From: Cyanophora paradoxa CCMP329
Taxonomy: Eukaryota > Plantae > Glaucophyta
DNA: 64,000 bases
Direction: 5' to 3'
Assembly: GCA_004431415.1 (NCBI GenBank)
Contig: QPMI01000553.1
Coordinates: 124,001-188,000, forward strand
The notes under the pieces are model-generated. The model was not told where the DNA came from and searched no databases. It saw nothing but the letters and a program-made list of their open reading frames with translations. Made by a program: the position numbers and the translations under genes. Numbering within the stretch: position 1 is the stretch's first letter; every line of letters begins with the position of its first letter. Positions 38,001-49,366 of the stretch are shown in pieces.

Positions 38001-39021
38001 CTCCCTCCCCCTCCCGCCCGCAGACCTGGCGCTGCACTTCGAGACGCTGGGCCAGTTCAAGACGCGGATCACGGCGCCGAACTTCGGGACGCCGGACGAC
38101 CTGCGGCTGCTGCTGAACATGGGCCTCAAGGTCGCCGACGTCGGACACGCCTCCAAGGAGCTGCCCCTCCACCTCCGCTGGTCGGCCCGCGTCATGGAGG
38201 AGTTCTTCGCCCAGGGCGACCAGGAGAAGGCCCGCTCCCTCCCCTGCTCCCCCTTCATGTGCGCCGCCTCCTTGCGTGCCCCCGCCCCTTCCTACCCCGC
38301 TTCGATTCGACTCACGTGCCTCCCTCAGGGACCGGCTGACGACGAACGTGCCGAACTGCCAGACGGGCTTCCTGGACTTTATAGTGCAGCCGGCGATCGA
38401 GGCGTGGGCGCAGTTCCTCCCGGGCTGCGCCCCGCTCCACGGAGAGCTCGCCAAGAACCACGCCCACTGGAAGCGCGAGGCGGGGGCCGCCGAGGCCGCC
38501 GCCGCCGGCTCCCCGCCCCCGTCCGCCACCGGGGCCGGCCCCGGGCACGCCCCGGCCCGCCCGCCAGCGGCGTCCTCAGCGCCCTGCGGGAGGCGGCCCA
38601 CGCCCAGCCCTGGCAGCCGGAAAGGCTCTCTGGCGGGTACTCCGCGGCCGCGGGCACCCCGCACCCGCTCCCCCTCCGGCGCGGCTCCATCCCCCCCGCC
38701 GGGCCCCCGCCCGGGGACGCCCCGCCGGCCCGCCAGCCCTCCACCCTCCGCTCCTCGTCCTCCCTCGCCTCCCCGACGGCGCCCGGCGGCGCCCGGACCC
38801 CCTCCTCCGGCGGCCCGCCCCGCAAGCTGAGCAACGGCGTGGCCCTCACGGCCCCCATGCTGGAGGACGAGCCGGTCACCCCTAGCGTCCCGTCCCTGCG
38901 CGACCCGCCCTCGCCCCCCGGGGCCGTCCCGCTGGAGCCGCCCGACCGGCCGCCCCCGGGGCTCGCGCGGGACGGGGCGGCCTCCCCGGCCTCCCTGGCC
39001 AGTGAGCCATTGGACCGGTAG
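35032..39021 (+). CDS. Class I cyclic-nucleotide phosphodiesterase with ~6 N-terminal transmembrane helices, multi-exon
   Basis: Catalytic motifs NPYHNGTHAADV, AAIAHDTAHPGVNNAF, YNDKSVLENYH, MVLATDLALHF, KVADVGH, EEFFAQGDQEK and QTGFLDFIV. Hydrophobic N-terminal exons end in ERRMREDFL. Start could alternatively be 34984. Confidence 0.92.
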
Positions 39022-39574
39022 CGCGCGGGGCCTGGCAGGCCCCCCTTTCGTCTGTGACGGGCGGGCCCGCGCCGGTCCCTTGCGCGCGCGGCCCGCCCCT
39101 ATGTGCCTCCACTCCTCTCGCGCAGCGTATGGTTAGCTATAGCGCACGTGGTGCTTATTTATGTACTTGATCTCCATCTAATTTCCTAGTTAGTTCTTTT
39201 ATTTATGTATTTGCTCCCCAGCTCACGGGAGCTCGCAAGCGTCTCGCTTTCGGCTCCCGTTCTTCCTTTGCAATTGCTGTATCAATTCGCAAGTTTATTG
39301 GAGCTCTCGAGACCCCAGGGCCCGCCTGATCATGACAGGGCCTGCAGGCACAGCTGCAGCGGCACAGGCCGCCCGCCGCGGCGCGCCTGATCATGTTCGA
39401 CGTCACTGTCACTGAGTCATAGCCGCCGGCGCCGGCGCGCGCCCCCCGCGGCCGCCTAGCCTTGCGCGGCCCGGCGGCGCTGGGCATGTCCCGGGCCGCC
39501 GGCGACGAATGCGCGCGCAGGCCTGCAGCTGAGGACTAGCTATAGCAAAAGCGCGCCCTGCCGGGCCCGGCGGC

Positions 39575-39591
39575 AGCCGCTGATCATGAGC
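39575..39591 (+). promoter_or_regulatory. Candidate promoter element AGCCGCTGATCATGAGC (copy 2), upstream of DnaJB
   Basis: Exact match to the reverse complement of 2815-2831; 114 nt upstream of the ATG at 39706. Confidence 0.45.
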
Positions 39592-39705
39592 GCGCGGCCC
39601 GCGGCCGGGTGGGCCCGCCGACAGACGGGTACAGCAGCATTCGACCAAAGGCCCAAGTTAGTTTCCCGGAAGCAGCGCGTGCGAGGCTGAGAAGTGAGCG
39701 CCGTG

Positions 39706-41381
39706 ATGGGAGTGGACTATTACAACGTCTTGTGAGCACGGCCGCCTCTGCCCGGCGCCCGGCGGGAAGGCGCTGGAAGGTTCGGACGCTGACCTTCGTG
39801 CCGCGCAGGGGAATCAACCGAGATGCATCTGATGATGACATCAAGAAAGCGTGCGCGGCCCCGCACTCCGCCTCTCGGCGCCTTCGTTTCCTGCTATAGC
39901 TCATACTTCGGCGCTCGCAGATACCGCAAGCTGGCGATGAAATGGGTCAGCGTAGGGCCATGCGCGCACCTTAGAGACGAAGGCTAATGCATGAGTCGTC
40001 GCGCAGCACCCAGACAAGAACCCGAACAACCGGGAACAGTCTGAGAAGAAGTTCAAGCAGGTGGCGGAGGCCTACGAGGTCCTCAGTGACCGTGCGCTCT
40101 GCTTTCTTGGCACTGCGATGTCCGCATCGCTTGCCTTGAGCCTTTTTCCCGGCCTCCCGCGCAGCTCAGAAGCGGGCGATCTTTGATCAGTATGGCGAGG
40201 AGGGCCTGAAGCACGGCGTTCCTCCTGATGGTGCTGGTGGTGCGTTCTCCTTTCTTATTGTCGCGCCGCGCCGCGCGCGCGCACGCGCGGACCTGCGATT
40301 GCGCGGGTTTCACCACCTCGAGCGCTGAGCTTCCTCTTGCACAGGCGGTGGATTCCAAGGCTACAACTTCAGCGGCAATGCGGAGGACATCTTCACGCAG
40401 TTCTTCGGCTCTGCAAATCCGTTCGCGAGCTTCTTCGACATGGGAGGTATGGGCGGCGGCATGGGCGGCGGCGCTGGTGGCATGCCCGGCGGCTTCTCGT
40501 TCATGGGCGGCATGCCTGGTGGCATGGGCGGGATGCCTGGTGGCATGGGCGGGATGCCCGGGATGGGCGGTATGGGCGGTATGCCCGGTATGGGCGCTGG
40601 GATGCGGAGAGGGGCGCGCAAGGGCCCTACTGTCGAGGTCCGCCCCCGTTCGTTCTTTTTTGCGTGAGCCGAGCCTGAACCGTCCCTTTCTGCGTAGCGG
40701 GAATTGTTCTGCACGCTGGAAGAGCTCTTTACAGGGTCGCTGAAGAAGCTCAAGATCACGCGTAACGTGCGACGCGCCCTCTCCGCGACCTGCCGATTGT
40801 CCCCGCCGACTCTCCTCCGCAGCGGATGGCGGCGGACGGGTCGGTGATGAAGGACGAGCACTTGATCCAGATCGACGTGAAGCGGGGCTGGAAGAAGGGC
40901 ACGAAGATCACGTTCGAGAACGAGGGCGACGAGGCGCCGGGCGTCGCGGCAGGTTCGCCACGCCCGTGCGCCCGGCGCCGCCGCCGCGCTGAGCTGCTCG
41001 CGCCGCAGGCGACATCGTGTTCATCCTGCAGGAGAAGCCGCACCCCCGCTTCAAGCGGGAGGGCGACGATTTGATCTACACGGCGAACATCTCGCTACAG
41101 AAGGCCCTCACGGGCACCACTCTCGAGATCGTGCGCGCTCCCTCCTGTGCTCCGCAGCGCGCCGTCTGACGCGCGGGCAGCACACGTTGGACGACCGGAC
41201 GCTGAACATCCCGATCTCGGACATCGTGAGCCCGCACTACCAGAAGGTCGTTCGCGGGGAGGGCATGCCCATCTCCAAGACCCCGCAGCAGCGCGGCAAC
41301 CTCGTCATCAAGTTCAACATCGGCTTCCCGACGTACCTGAACGACACGCAGAAGCGGCTCATCCAGCAGGCGCTGCCGTAG
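39706..41381 (+). CDS. DNAJB: Class II (DNAJB/Sis1-type) Hsp40 co-chaperone, multi-exon
   Basis: [10 protein letters not shown]...[19 protein letters not shown]-domain; G/F and G/M-rich linker; [16 protein letters not shown]; GEGMPISK...[13 protein letters not shown]; no zinc finger. Confidence 0.95.
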
Positions 41382-41730
41382 GCGTTGTTTGTACAGCACG
41401 CGTTCCATTTCTCTAGTAGCGTAAGATATTCACGCTAGTGCGAACCGTCGCGCGCCTGGCGCCTCAAGGCGCTTCTGGGACGGTTCGGGGGCACGTTCGG
41501 GGCACGAGCTAGCGTTCTGTTCAACCTGTTCAACCTTCTCGGGGCAGTAGCACGACCTTTGACTGCAGGCACAGAATCGGGCCCGGCACGTACAAATGGA
41601 GCACGTGCCAACACGCACGGGTCACGGCCCACGGGTACCCCAGTGCACGGTGCTTCGAAAGCGTGCCGCCAGCTTCACGATCCGAGCGCTTACACCAGAT
41701 CCCCGTAGCAGAACAGTACAGAGCCCCGGA

Positions 41731-44700
41731 ATGACGGCCTTCGTTGCGCCTGCGCCGTGCCTGCGGCTCGCACAGCCAACCGCTGTAACACCCACAACAA
41801 CGCCCATCGAGCGGCCGGGCGCGCGTGTGAGCGCACGGTCCATCTCCCGGGCAAGCAAATGCTTCTTCGGCAGCACCGAGAGCAGGTTCACCGCCCGGTC
41901 GCGCCGCTTCTTCTTCGAGGGCCCCCGCTTCCAGCCCGTGTGCGAGGCCGAGAGCTCGGCCGGCGTGGAGGCACCCGAGAGCGTGGTTGTGGATGAGGAA
42001 GTTCAAGTCCCTGAGCTTAAAGTGGAGGCGCTGGAGGAGACACGCCAGCGGGTTACACGCGAGCACCCGGAGGACCCGGCAGCCGGCCGCCACGGAGTCC
42101 CCGTGTTCAACAAAAAGCCCAACCGGCCGCGCACCATCGTGCTCGGCACGGGCTGGGGCGGTGCGCTGGTCGAATCTTCAGCACGTGCAGCTCGGCACGT
42201 TCCTTCGCGACTCGTATGAGCTCACGGGGGCGCTTGGGCGCGCGTCCCGCAGGTCACGCGCTCGCTAAGAGTCTCAGCGAGAGGCAGGAAGTGGTCTGGA
42301 TCAGCCCGCGCAACGTGCGCCGCGCCTCCCCCTCCCCCGCCTCGCCGAGTCGAGTCGATCTCGGGCGACCCCGCGGCCCCGCCCGCCGCCTGCGGCTTCG
42401 TTTCGCTCAGCTAACGAATGCGCGTCCGCGTGCGCAGTACTTTTTGTTCACGCCCATGTTGCCGTCGACGGTGCGGACCGCACCCCGAGCTTCCCCGCGC
42501 GCCCTGCGCCCGCTCGAGCGCCGACGGTGCATTCGCAGGCGGTGGGGACCGTCGACTTCCGCTCGATCATCGAGCCGATCCAGTCGGCCCAGAAAAAGGC
42601 GGTCTACTACGAGGCGATCTGCACGCGGGTCGACACCGAGCGCAAGCTCGCCTACTGCAGGCCCGCCCTCTACAGCCGGGTTCGAACTCAGCTGTGCGTG
42701 GTTTGCTCACGCTTTTGTGTGTGTGTGCGCAGGCCGACGACCCGGGCCAAGGGCGACCCCGAGCAGTTCGCGATCGAGTACGACAAGCTGATCATCGCCG
42801 TCGGGTCGACCCCCAACAGTGCGCCCGGCCGCACCGCCCCGCCTGCGGCCTTCGAGTGCGCAGCGCCCTGGAGAATTCGATCGGTGTGCTTCGATCGCAG
42901 CGTTCGGCGTACCCGGGGTGGAGGAGCACTCGTTCTTCCTCAAGGAGATCACCGGTGCGCCGCGGCGCCCCCCGCCCGCCCCTACCATCCGCAGCCCAGT
43001 CCAGTCTGTTCTAGTCTAGTCTAGTCTAGACGCGATGCTGACGCGAGGCGGTCCCGGCCGCGGCCCCCGGCAGACGCGACGAGGATCCGGGAGAACATCA
43101 TGGACTGCTGGGAGACCGCCGCCCTCCCCACCGTCTCCATCGAGGGTCCGCCCCCCCCCCCCCCCCCCCCCTCTAGTCTGGTCCAGTCTAGTATAGGCGC
43201 CGCGTCTAGTCTGGGCTCGGGGGCGTCCAGTCTAGTCTAGGCTCGGGGCGTCCCGTCTCCATCGAGGGTCCGCCCTTTCCCTCCCCCTCTAGTCTAGTCC
43301 AGCCTAGTCTAGGCTCGGGGCGTCCGGTCCAGGCTCTATCTAGTCTTCGTAGACGGTCCGCCCGCCCACCCGCCCGTTCGTTCGGCCCTCGGATCGGACG
43401 CCGGGCAGCCTCGGGGCGGGGCGGGGCGGGGCCTCGCTGACGGTGGCGATCGCCTCCGATCGCAGAGAAGAAGCGCCTGCTGACGGTCGCCATCGTCGGG
43501 GGCGGCCCCACCGGCGTCGAGTTCTGCGGCGAGGTTCGCTGCACCCCGCGCCGCCCTCTCCCGCCCCCCGCCAAGTCCCTCTCTCCAGATCTCGGACTTC
43601 ATCGAGAAGGATCTGAAGCGGCAGTTCCCGCTGCTGGCGCCCTACGCCCGCATCGTCCTCTTCCAGAGCGGGCCCGCCCTCCTCCCCTCCTTCGAGCCCG
43701 AGCTCCAGCAGGTCGGCCCCCCCCCTCCCCCTCCCCCCCCCCCTCCTTTCTACGAGTACTCCTCGGAGCGGAGGCTTGAGCTCTAGCGGGTCGGCCCGCC
43801 AGGCCGGCACAGCGGAAGCCCCGCCCGAGCCCTCCTCCTCTCCTCAATAACCTGTTAGTAAATAGATAAATGCTTCCTCTCCGCCAGAGCCCTCCCTCCT
43901 GCCTTTCTATTGCTATGGCAACGTGCTGCTCGCTTCCTCCCCCCCAGCTTCCCTTCCCCCCGGGTCCCGCGCGCCCGACCTGACCCCGCCCGGCGCCTCA
44001 GGTGGCCTACGAGCGCTTCACCAAGGCCGGCATCGAGGCGCGCCCCGTACCCCTCCGATCCCCTCCCCTCTTCGCCCCGCCCGGCCCCGCCTCTGAACCT
44101 TCCTGCACTAGGTCCGGCTGGGCTCGCGCGTGAAGGAGATCCGCGAGAAGAGCATCGTCCTCACCACCGAGGAGGTCCCCTTCGGTGCGATCCGCGTACC
44201 CCCACGCCGCGCTCGCTCGCTCACGTCTGGCGCGGCGTGCAGGCCTCTGTGTCTGGGGCGCCGGTGTGTCGTCCAACCCCCTCGTTGAGACCCTCCGCAA
44301 GGAGATCAAGCGCGCCCGCCCCCGCCGTCCCGCCGTCCCCCGCGCGCCCCCTCCTAACGCGGAGGCGCGCGCGCGCGCAGTCGTCGCGCGCTTCTCGGCG
44401 GCGCTGAGGGCCAGCCTGTCAAGGGCCGCCTGCAGGTCGGCCCGCCCGTCCGAAAGCTCGGACCGAGGCTCGGGATCAGGCCCAGGCTCACCTGAGAAGC
44501 GCAGGTCGACTCGCACCTGCGCGTGATGGGCCTCACCGACGACGACGGCGTCTTCGCCATCGGGGTACGCGTTTCCCCTTCCGGCGCTCCCTGTACCCCT
44601 CCCTCCCTCCCTGACCCGGGGCGCGGCGGCGCAGGACTGCGCGGACGTGTACGGGATGAACCTCTTCCAGACGGCGCAAGTCGCCGCCCAGCAGGGGGAG

Positions 44701-45053
44701 TACCTCGCCAAGGTCCTCAACCAGTGCGTACCCCCCCCCCCCCCCCCCCTTCTGCATCTGACCATACGTGGGGCAGGCTCGCGGCGGGCCGGAAAAGAGA
44801 GGAGGTCTTCGCGAAGCCTTTCAAGTTCTTCAACCTGGGGCAGCTCACCAACCTCGGCGACAACTATGCGCTGGTACCCCCCGTAGTTTTCCGGGGGGGG
44901 CCCCACGCGTACCTCCTACCGATGCCGTACCCCCGCAGGCCATGCTCCCCGTCGGCTGGCTGAAGGGCTACCCCTCCTGGCTCCTCTGGCGCTCGGTGTA
45001 CGTGACCAAGCAGGTCAGCCTCCGCTGCCGTATGCTGGTGCGCCTCGCCCTCG

Positions 45054-45090
<37 letters not shown>

Positions 45091-45184
45091 TATTCCCTTC
45101 GCCGCGTCTTGACCCCGGGGAGTACAGGTCCTGTTCGACTTCTTCAAGTGCTTCGTGTTCGGCCGCGATATCTCGCGCTTCTGA
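41731..45184 (+). CDS. Type II NAD(P)H dehydrogenase (NDA-like) with N-terminal transit peptide, multi-exon
   Basis: IVLGTGWGG (FAD motif), SPRNYFLFTPMLPS, YDKLIIAVGS, IVGGGPTGVEFCGE (NADH motif), VFAIGDCA, TAQVAAQQGEYLA, WRSVY, C-terminus FGRDISRF*. Confidence 0.93.
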
Positions 45185-45439
45185 GCTCCTCCGAGCGAGG
45201 AGCGGCCTCTTCCTCGGCAAGTTCCCGGCTACCGCTCTCTCGGCTCTCTTCTTGACTTTTCAATTAGGTTCTCGGCTCTCGGCTCGCTAAGGTTAGACTT
45301 TTCAGCGTCTCTGGATTGCGTTTCGTGCATTTTCCTTTCAGATGTGTACATGTACAGCGTGCCGCGGCGGCTGGCGTTTTCCTTTCGATTCAACTAGGGC
45401 AGTCGTAAATATTCGATTTCGCAGCTTGTGAGTGCATAA

Positions 45440-45730
45440 CTTGGTAATATGATATGGAATCAAGAGTTTGTGTGGAGGCTTCGTCGGCTGCAGACCATCG
45501 ATCAGGGCCCGGCCCTAGGCCTGGGCCGGGCTGTGGACTCGCGATCGGGACGGCGCCCGGCCCGGCCGGCCGTACTACGGTACGTATATACGTATACGTA
45601 TACGCGTGCACGTGGCCGCGAGCTGCGCGCCGCGGCGCCGGCCGCGGCCGCGGGCCGTGCAACTCACAATCATGATCAGTGATCAATCTAGATCTTGAAT
45701 TAATATTCTTCCGAATTCGAATTCGAAATT
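45440..45730. repeat. Palindrome-rich intergenic element resembling 34214-34330 in the opposite orientation
   Basis: TACGTATATACGTA at 45581-45594 flanked by GGCC/GCGC chains; TCATGATCAGTGATCA at 45670; TCTAGATCT; GAATTCGA. Confidence 0.6.
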
Positions 45731-46146
45731 CGTGAGTGCCATGGCGTTATATGTGGCCAGCACGCGTACGTATGCCATGATGCGCGAAGTCCGCGCTGGA
45801 AAGGTCCCAAAGCCCTGTACAGGCAGGCTGAGGCAGCACCCAGCCCCACACCAGCGCTCGGTTGCGGATGCAGATTATGCACTGATCGAGTAACAGTCGT
45901 CAATGAATCTAAGAGCTAACGTAGTACCGATTTAAATTCGAAACCCATGAGTACACCGGAATAGTAAAAAGGCCATGAAACACCCGGTATCTGGACCAAA
46001 AACTAAGCATAAAGAAGGGGTAGCAGAGGTCCAAAAAGGAAAGCAGGCCATAAAAGAGAATGCCACGCTACTGCAGACTTGCATGCTACCACCGAACGCT
46101 GGAAAGGGCTTCCTAGCAGAAAGAAATGGGGGATGAGAGGCGCGCT

Positions 46147-46712
46147 TCACTTGTCGCGGTACAAGGGCTTGCTGGGGGCGTCCGCGTCTTTCCTAAAGGC
46201 GCGAACGACGCCGACCCCGCTGCCGCGACATGCGCCGCACTCCACCTTGCAGCAGCCCAGGCACTTGAAGCAGATTCGCAAGGGCACGACCACGCCCATG
46301 CCCGCGCATTGCTCGCCTGCGCTTGGCGGGTCAGAACGGGGAACGACGGTGCATTCTAGCAACTCGGGTGGGAGAGGCGCGCACAGGAGACAAAACCGCT
46401 GCCGGCGCAGTGTGGGCACTTGCGCTTGAAGCTCGCGGACGCCGAAGACTGAGATTCCGCCGCCGGTGCGGATGTGGATTGGAATTGGAAGGAGGTGTGG
46501 GCATCAAAATTGAAGGCGGGAGCGGATGGATTGGACGGGGCGGCAGTGGACGCGGAGCGCTCGTCTTCCCGAACGACCTCCTTCGACGCGATCCGGCGGC
46601 TCGGCGGACGCCGCCTCGGTATGCTAGAAGATCTCCGGGGGCCGATGTTCGGGATAGATGTGTTGAACAGGGGCACCACGAAGGCGGGGTCGGTACCAGC
46701 TGTCGCCGCCAT
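46147..46712 (-). CDS. Small plastid-targeted DnaJ-type zinc-finger protein (BSD2/DnaJE-like, no J domain), 2 exons
   Basis: After one GT-AG intron: CPHCAGSG-FVS-CEQCAGMG-VVVPLRI-CFKCLGCC-KVE-CGACRGSG, i.e. four CxxCxGxG-type motifs. Ser/Arg-rich presequence MAATAGTDPAFVV. Confidence 0.75.
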
Positions 46713-46999
46713 CGCCCTGCGTCCTGCGTCCTATGCTCCATTAGGAATGCCCAGCCGCATGCTGATGTGTCAGGAGGGGCGACCCACCGTCTGTTTGAAC
46801 CCTAGCCGCCCGCTCTGAAGCAGATGCGCGCACGCCCGATCGCGGTCTAACCGGAGGACGTCCCGGAAACAGATCGCCGTGCACAGCACCCGGTTGCCTT
46901 GCAGGCGCGACTCCCCTGAGCGGCCTTACCAGGTCGCTGCCCAAACGACTTGAGTGCAGTACCCCGCAACCACGCACCACTGCTGCTGCCGCCGCCGCG

Positions 47000-49366
47000 A
47001 TGCTGGACATACGTGCGTCTCAGCCTCGTCCTCTGCACCTGTCTATGCTCTGACATGATATGTGCAGAGATCGATGACGACTACAGGCAAGATCCGGTAC
47101 AAACATGCCCGCTCTGTCTGTGACTCTGTGCAATACTCGATGTGACTGTGTCGCGCTGTCGCAGATCTCGTTCTTGACGTACTATGGTGCCTCGTGGAAT
47201 GGGCCAGCGCGGCCGGCCCCCGGCCCGCTCGCTCGTGATGCTGCGCGTCTGCACGGCTGAGCAGCTGACCGATGCGTCGGCAGCGCTCTTCGCGCTGGCA
47301 GGAGGGTGCACCGTGGTGTGGGCGCGGCTGATGCTGCGGAACAAGTCCTACCTGGCGCGAGCCCACATCCTGATGCTCGGTACGCGACCGGCTGCTGCAG
47401 ACGCCGGGCCGGGCTTACGAATTGCGAAAACGGGGCTGGTTCTTCGCACCCCGAGCGCTCCGGCACGCGGCCCCGCTCACGCTTCCGCGCAGCGTACTCT
47501 GTCGCCTACACCTTCTACCTTCTCCTCCTGGGCATCGTGCACAGCCCCGGCGCGAATCCCGAAAAGGACAGCCTGATCATATCGTTCGGTGCGCCGCGCG
47601 CCGCCCGGCTGCGAGGATCTTGCAGCGGTCTGCGGCCTGACGCTTCGCCCCGCAGTGGTTCTGGACCTGGCCGACGGTTCGCACGCCTGCGCTTCTGACG
47701 GCCGCGCCCGTATGCGCGCGGGGCTTGACGTGGTGGCTTGATTAGGCACGCTCTCGAACGTTACGCTGGCGGCGCTGTTCGTTGGATGGAGCCTGCCGCA
47801 GCCGATCCTCTCGAAGCAGGAGAAGGCGATGGTCTTCATTCCCTGGGTCACGTTCATCTCCTGCTCCTTCGTCACGTACATATGCTTCCTGGCGCGTCGG
47901 TTGTCGAGCGCCGGGACCCGCCCGCGCGCCGCCCTGACGCCCAGGGCAGATCGAATCCACCGCAACCTTCGCGTCGTATAATAGCCCCGGCTGGGTCTCG
48001 GTCACCTTCGTGCACAACGCCGCCATCATGGGTGAGCGCGCGGGCAGCCTGAGCCCGAGCTCCCTCGCGCCCCCCGGATCAAATCTTCTCCTCTCCGCAC
48101 ACGCAGGCGCCATCATTTCCCTCCTCGTCTTCTGCAACGTGCTGTGCGTGACGCGGCGCCGTGTGGAGGAGAGCTCGAACCAGGCCCGCAAGGTGCGCCG
48201 CTAGCCTCTGTACCCCACTCGTTGGCGCAGGCTGAGCCGGGGTACAGGTGGTTCTGCAGCTCCCGCGCATGTGGGCGCTCTACGTCGTCGCCTCTACCCT
48301 CGCCCAGATGGTGCGGCCGCCTTCCGGGGGCAGGATCCTTCTCCTCCGGGGGGGTACGATCACCCGGCGCAGGTCACGGGGTACGGCCCCGCGTGGAGCA
48401 CGGCGCTGGGGAAGCACGGCGTCCGCCTGGCGTTCAACTGGAAGGTCGGCTCGCTCCTGTACCCCGCCCCGTACCTCGTGTGCGTGTACCCCGGACCCCG
48501 CTGCCGCGTACCCCTCCCGAGCATCTTTCCAGGTACACGGAGCTGGCGCCGGAGGGGGTAGACATGCCGACCCTGGCGGACGAGGAGGAGGGCACGCAGG
48601 CGGCCCCGCGGCCGCTCGCGGGGCCGGCGCGGGGCCCGGCGGGCGGGCGGGCCGGCCGCTGGCTGCACCGGCGCCGCAGCCGGAGCCGTCCTTCGAGATA
48701 GGCGACGCGGGGCACGAGGAGGAGGAGGAGGCCGGCGCCGCGCGGGCCCTCCCTTCCCCGCATCGGCCGCCGTCCGGCCCCTGAAGCAGTACCCCGGCCA
48801 GACCCGCCTCAGCCGCTCGCCGGTCCCGCCGACCGCCGCCGCCGCCGCCGCCGCCCGGCTGCTCTTGTGGTGGCCCCCGCTGCGGCTCCGGCGCCGGCGC
48901 TGGCGCCGGCCGCGGCGCCGGCGCCGTGGGGACGGCTGGGGCGCGTTCGAAGGGGAGGCGGAGGCGGCGTGGCCAGACGCGGCGGCGTCCCGGCCCCCGC
49001 CGCCGCGGCGGCGGCGGCGGATCCCTGGGGAGCGCCCGCCCCCGTGCCGGCTGCGGGCGACGCGGCGAACCCGTGGGGCGCGCCGGCAGAGCCGCGGCTC
49101 CGACGGCGGCGGCGGCGACGACGGCGGCGGGCGGGCGGGCTGGGGCGACGACGAGGCTGAGGACGGCGACGAGGGGGACTGGGGGGGTTGGAACGCCTCC
49201 GCGCAGCCCGCCTCGCCCGTGCGCCCCGCCCCGCCCCACCCCGCCCCGCCCTGCCCCGCCCCCCGTCTTCTGAGGCCGGGCCCATCAGGCGCCGGGGGCG
49301 GGGGCGCCGTCGCCCCCCGCGGCGGACATTTCGCAGCTGAAGCGCGTGGCGGGCAAGAAGGACTAG
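47000..49366 (+). CDS. GPR107/GPR108-like (GOST/Lung-7TM) multi-pass membrane protein with a long low-complexity tail
   Basis: VVWARLMLRNKSYLARAHILML and FVGWSLPQPILSKQEKAMVFIP resemble the GPR107-family patterns W...L.K....IH.LM and GW....ILS..EK. The tail ends VAGKKD*. Exon chain partly uncertain. Confidence 0.55.
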
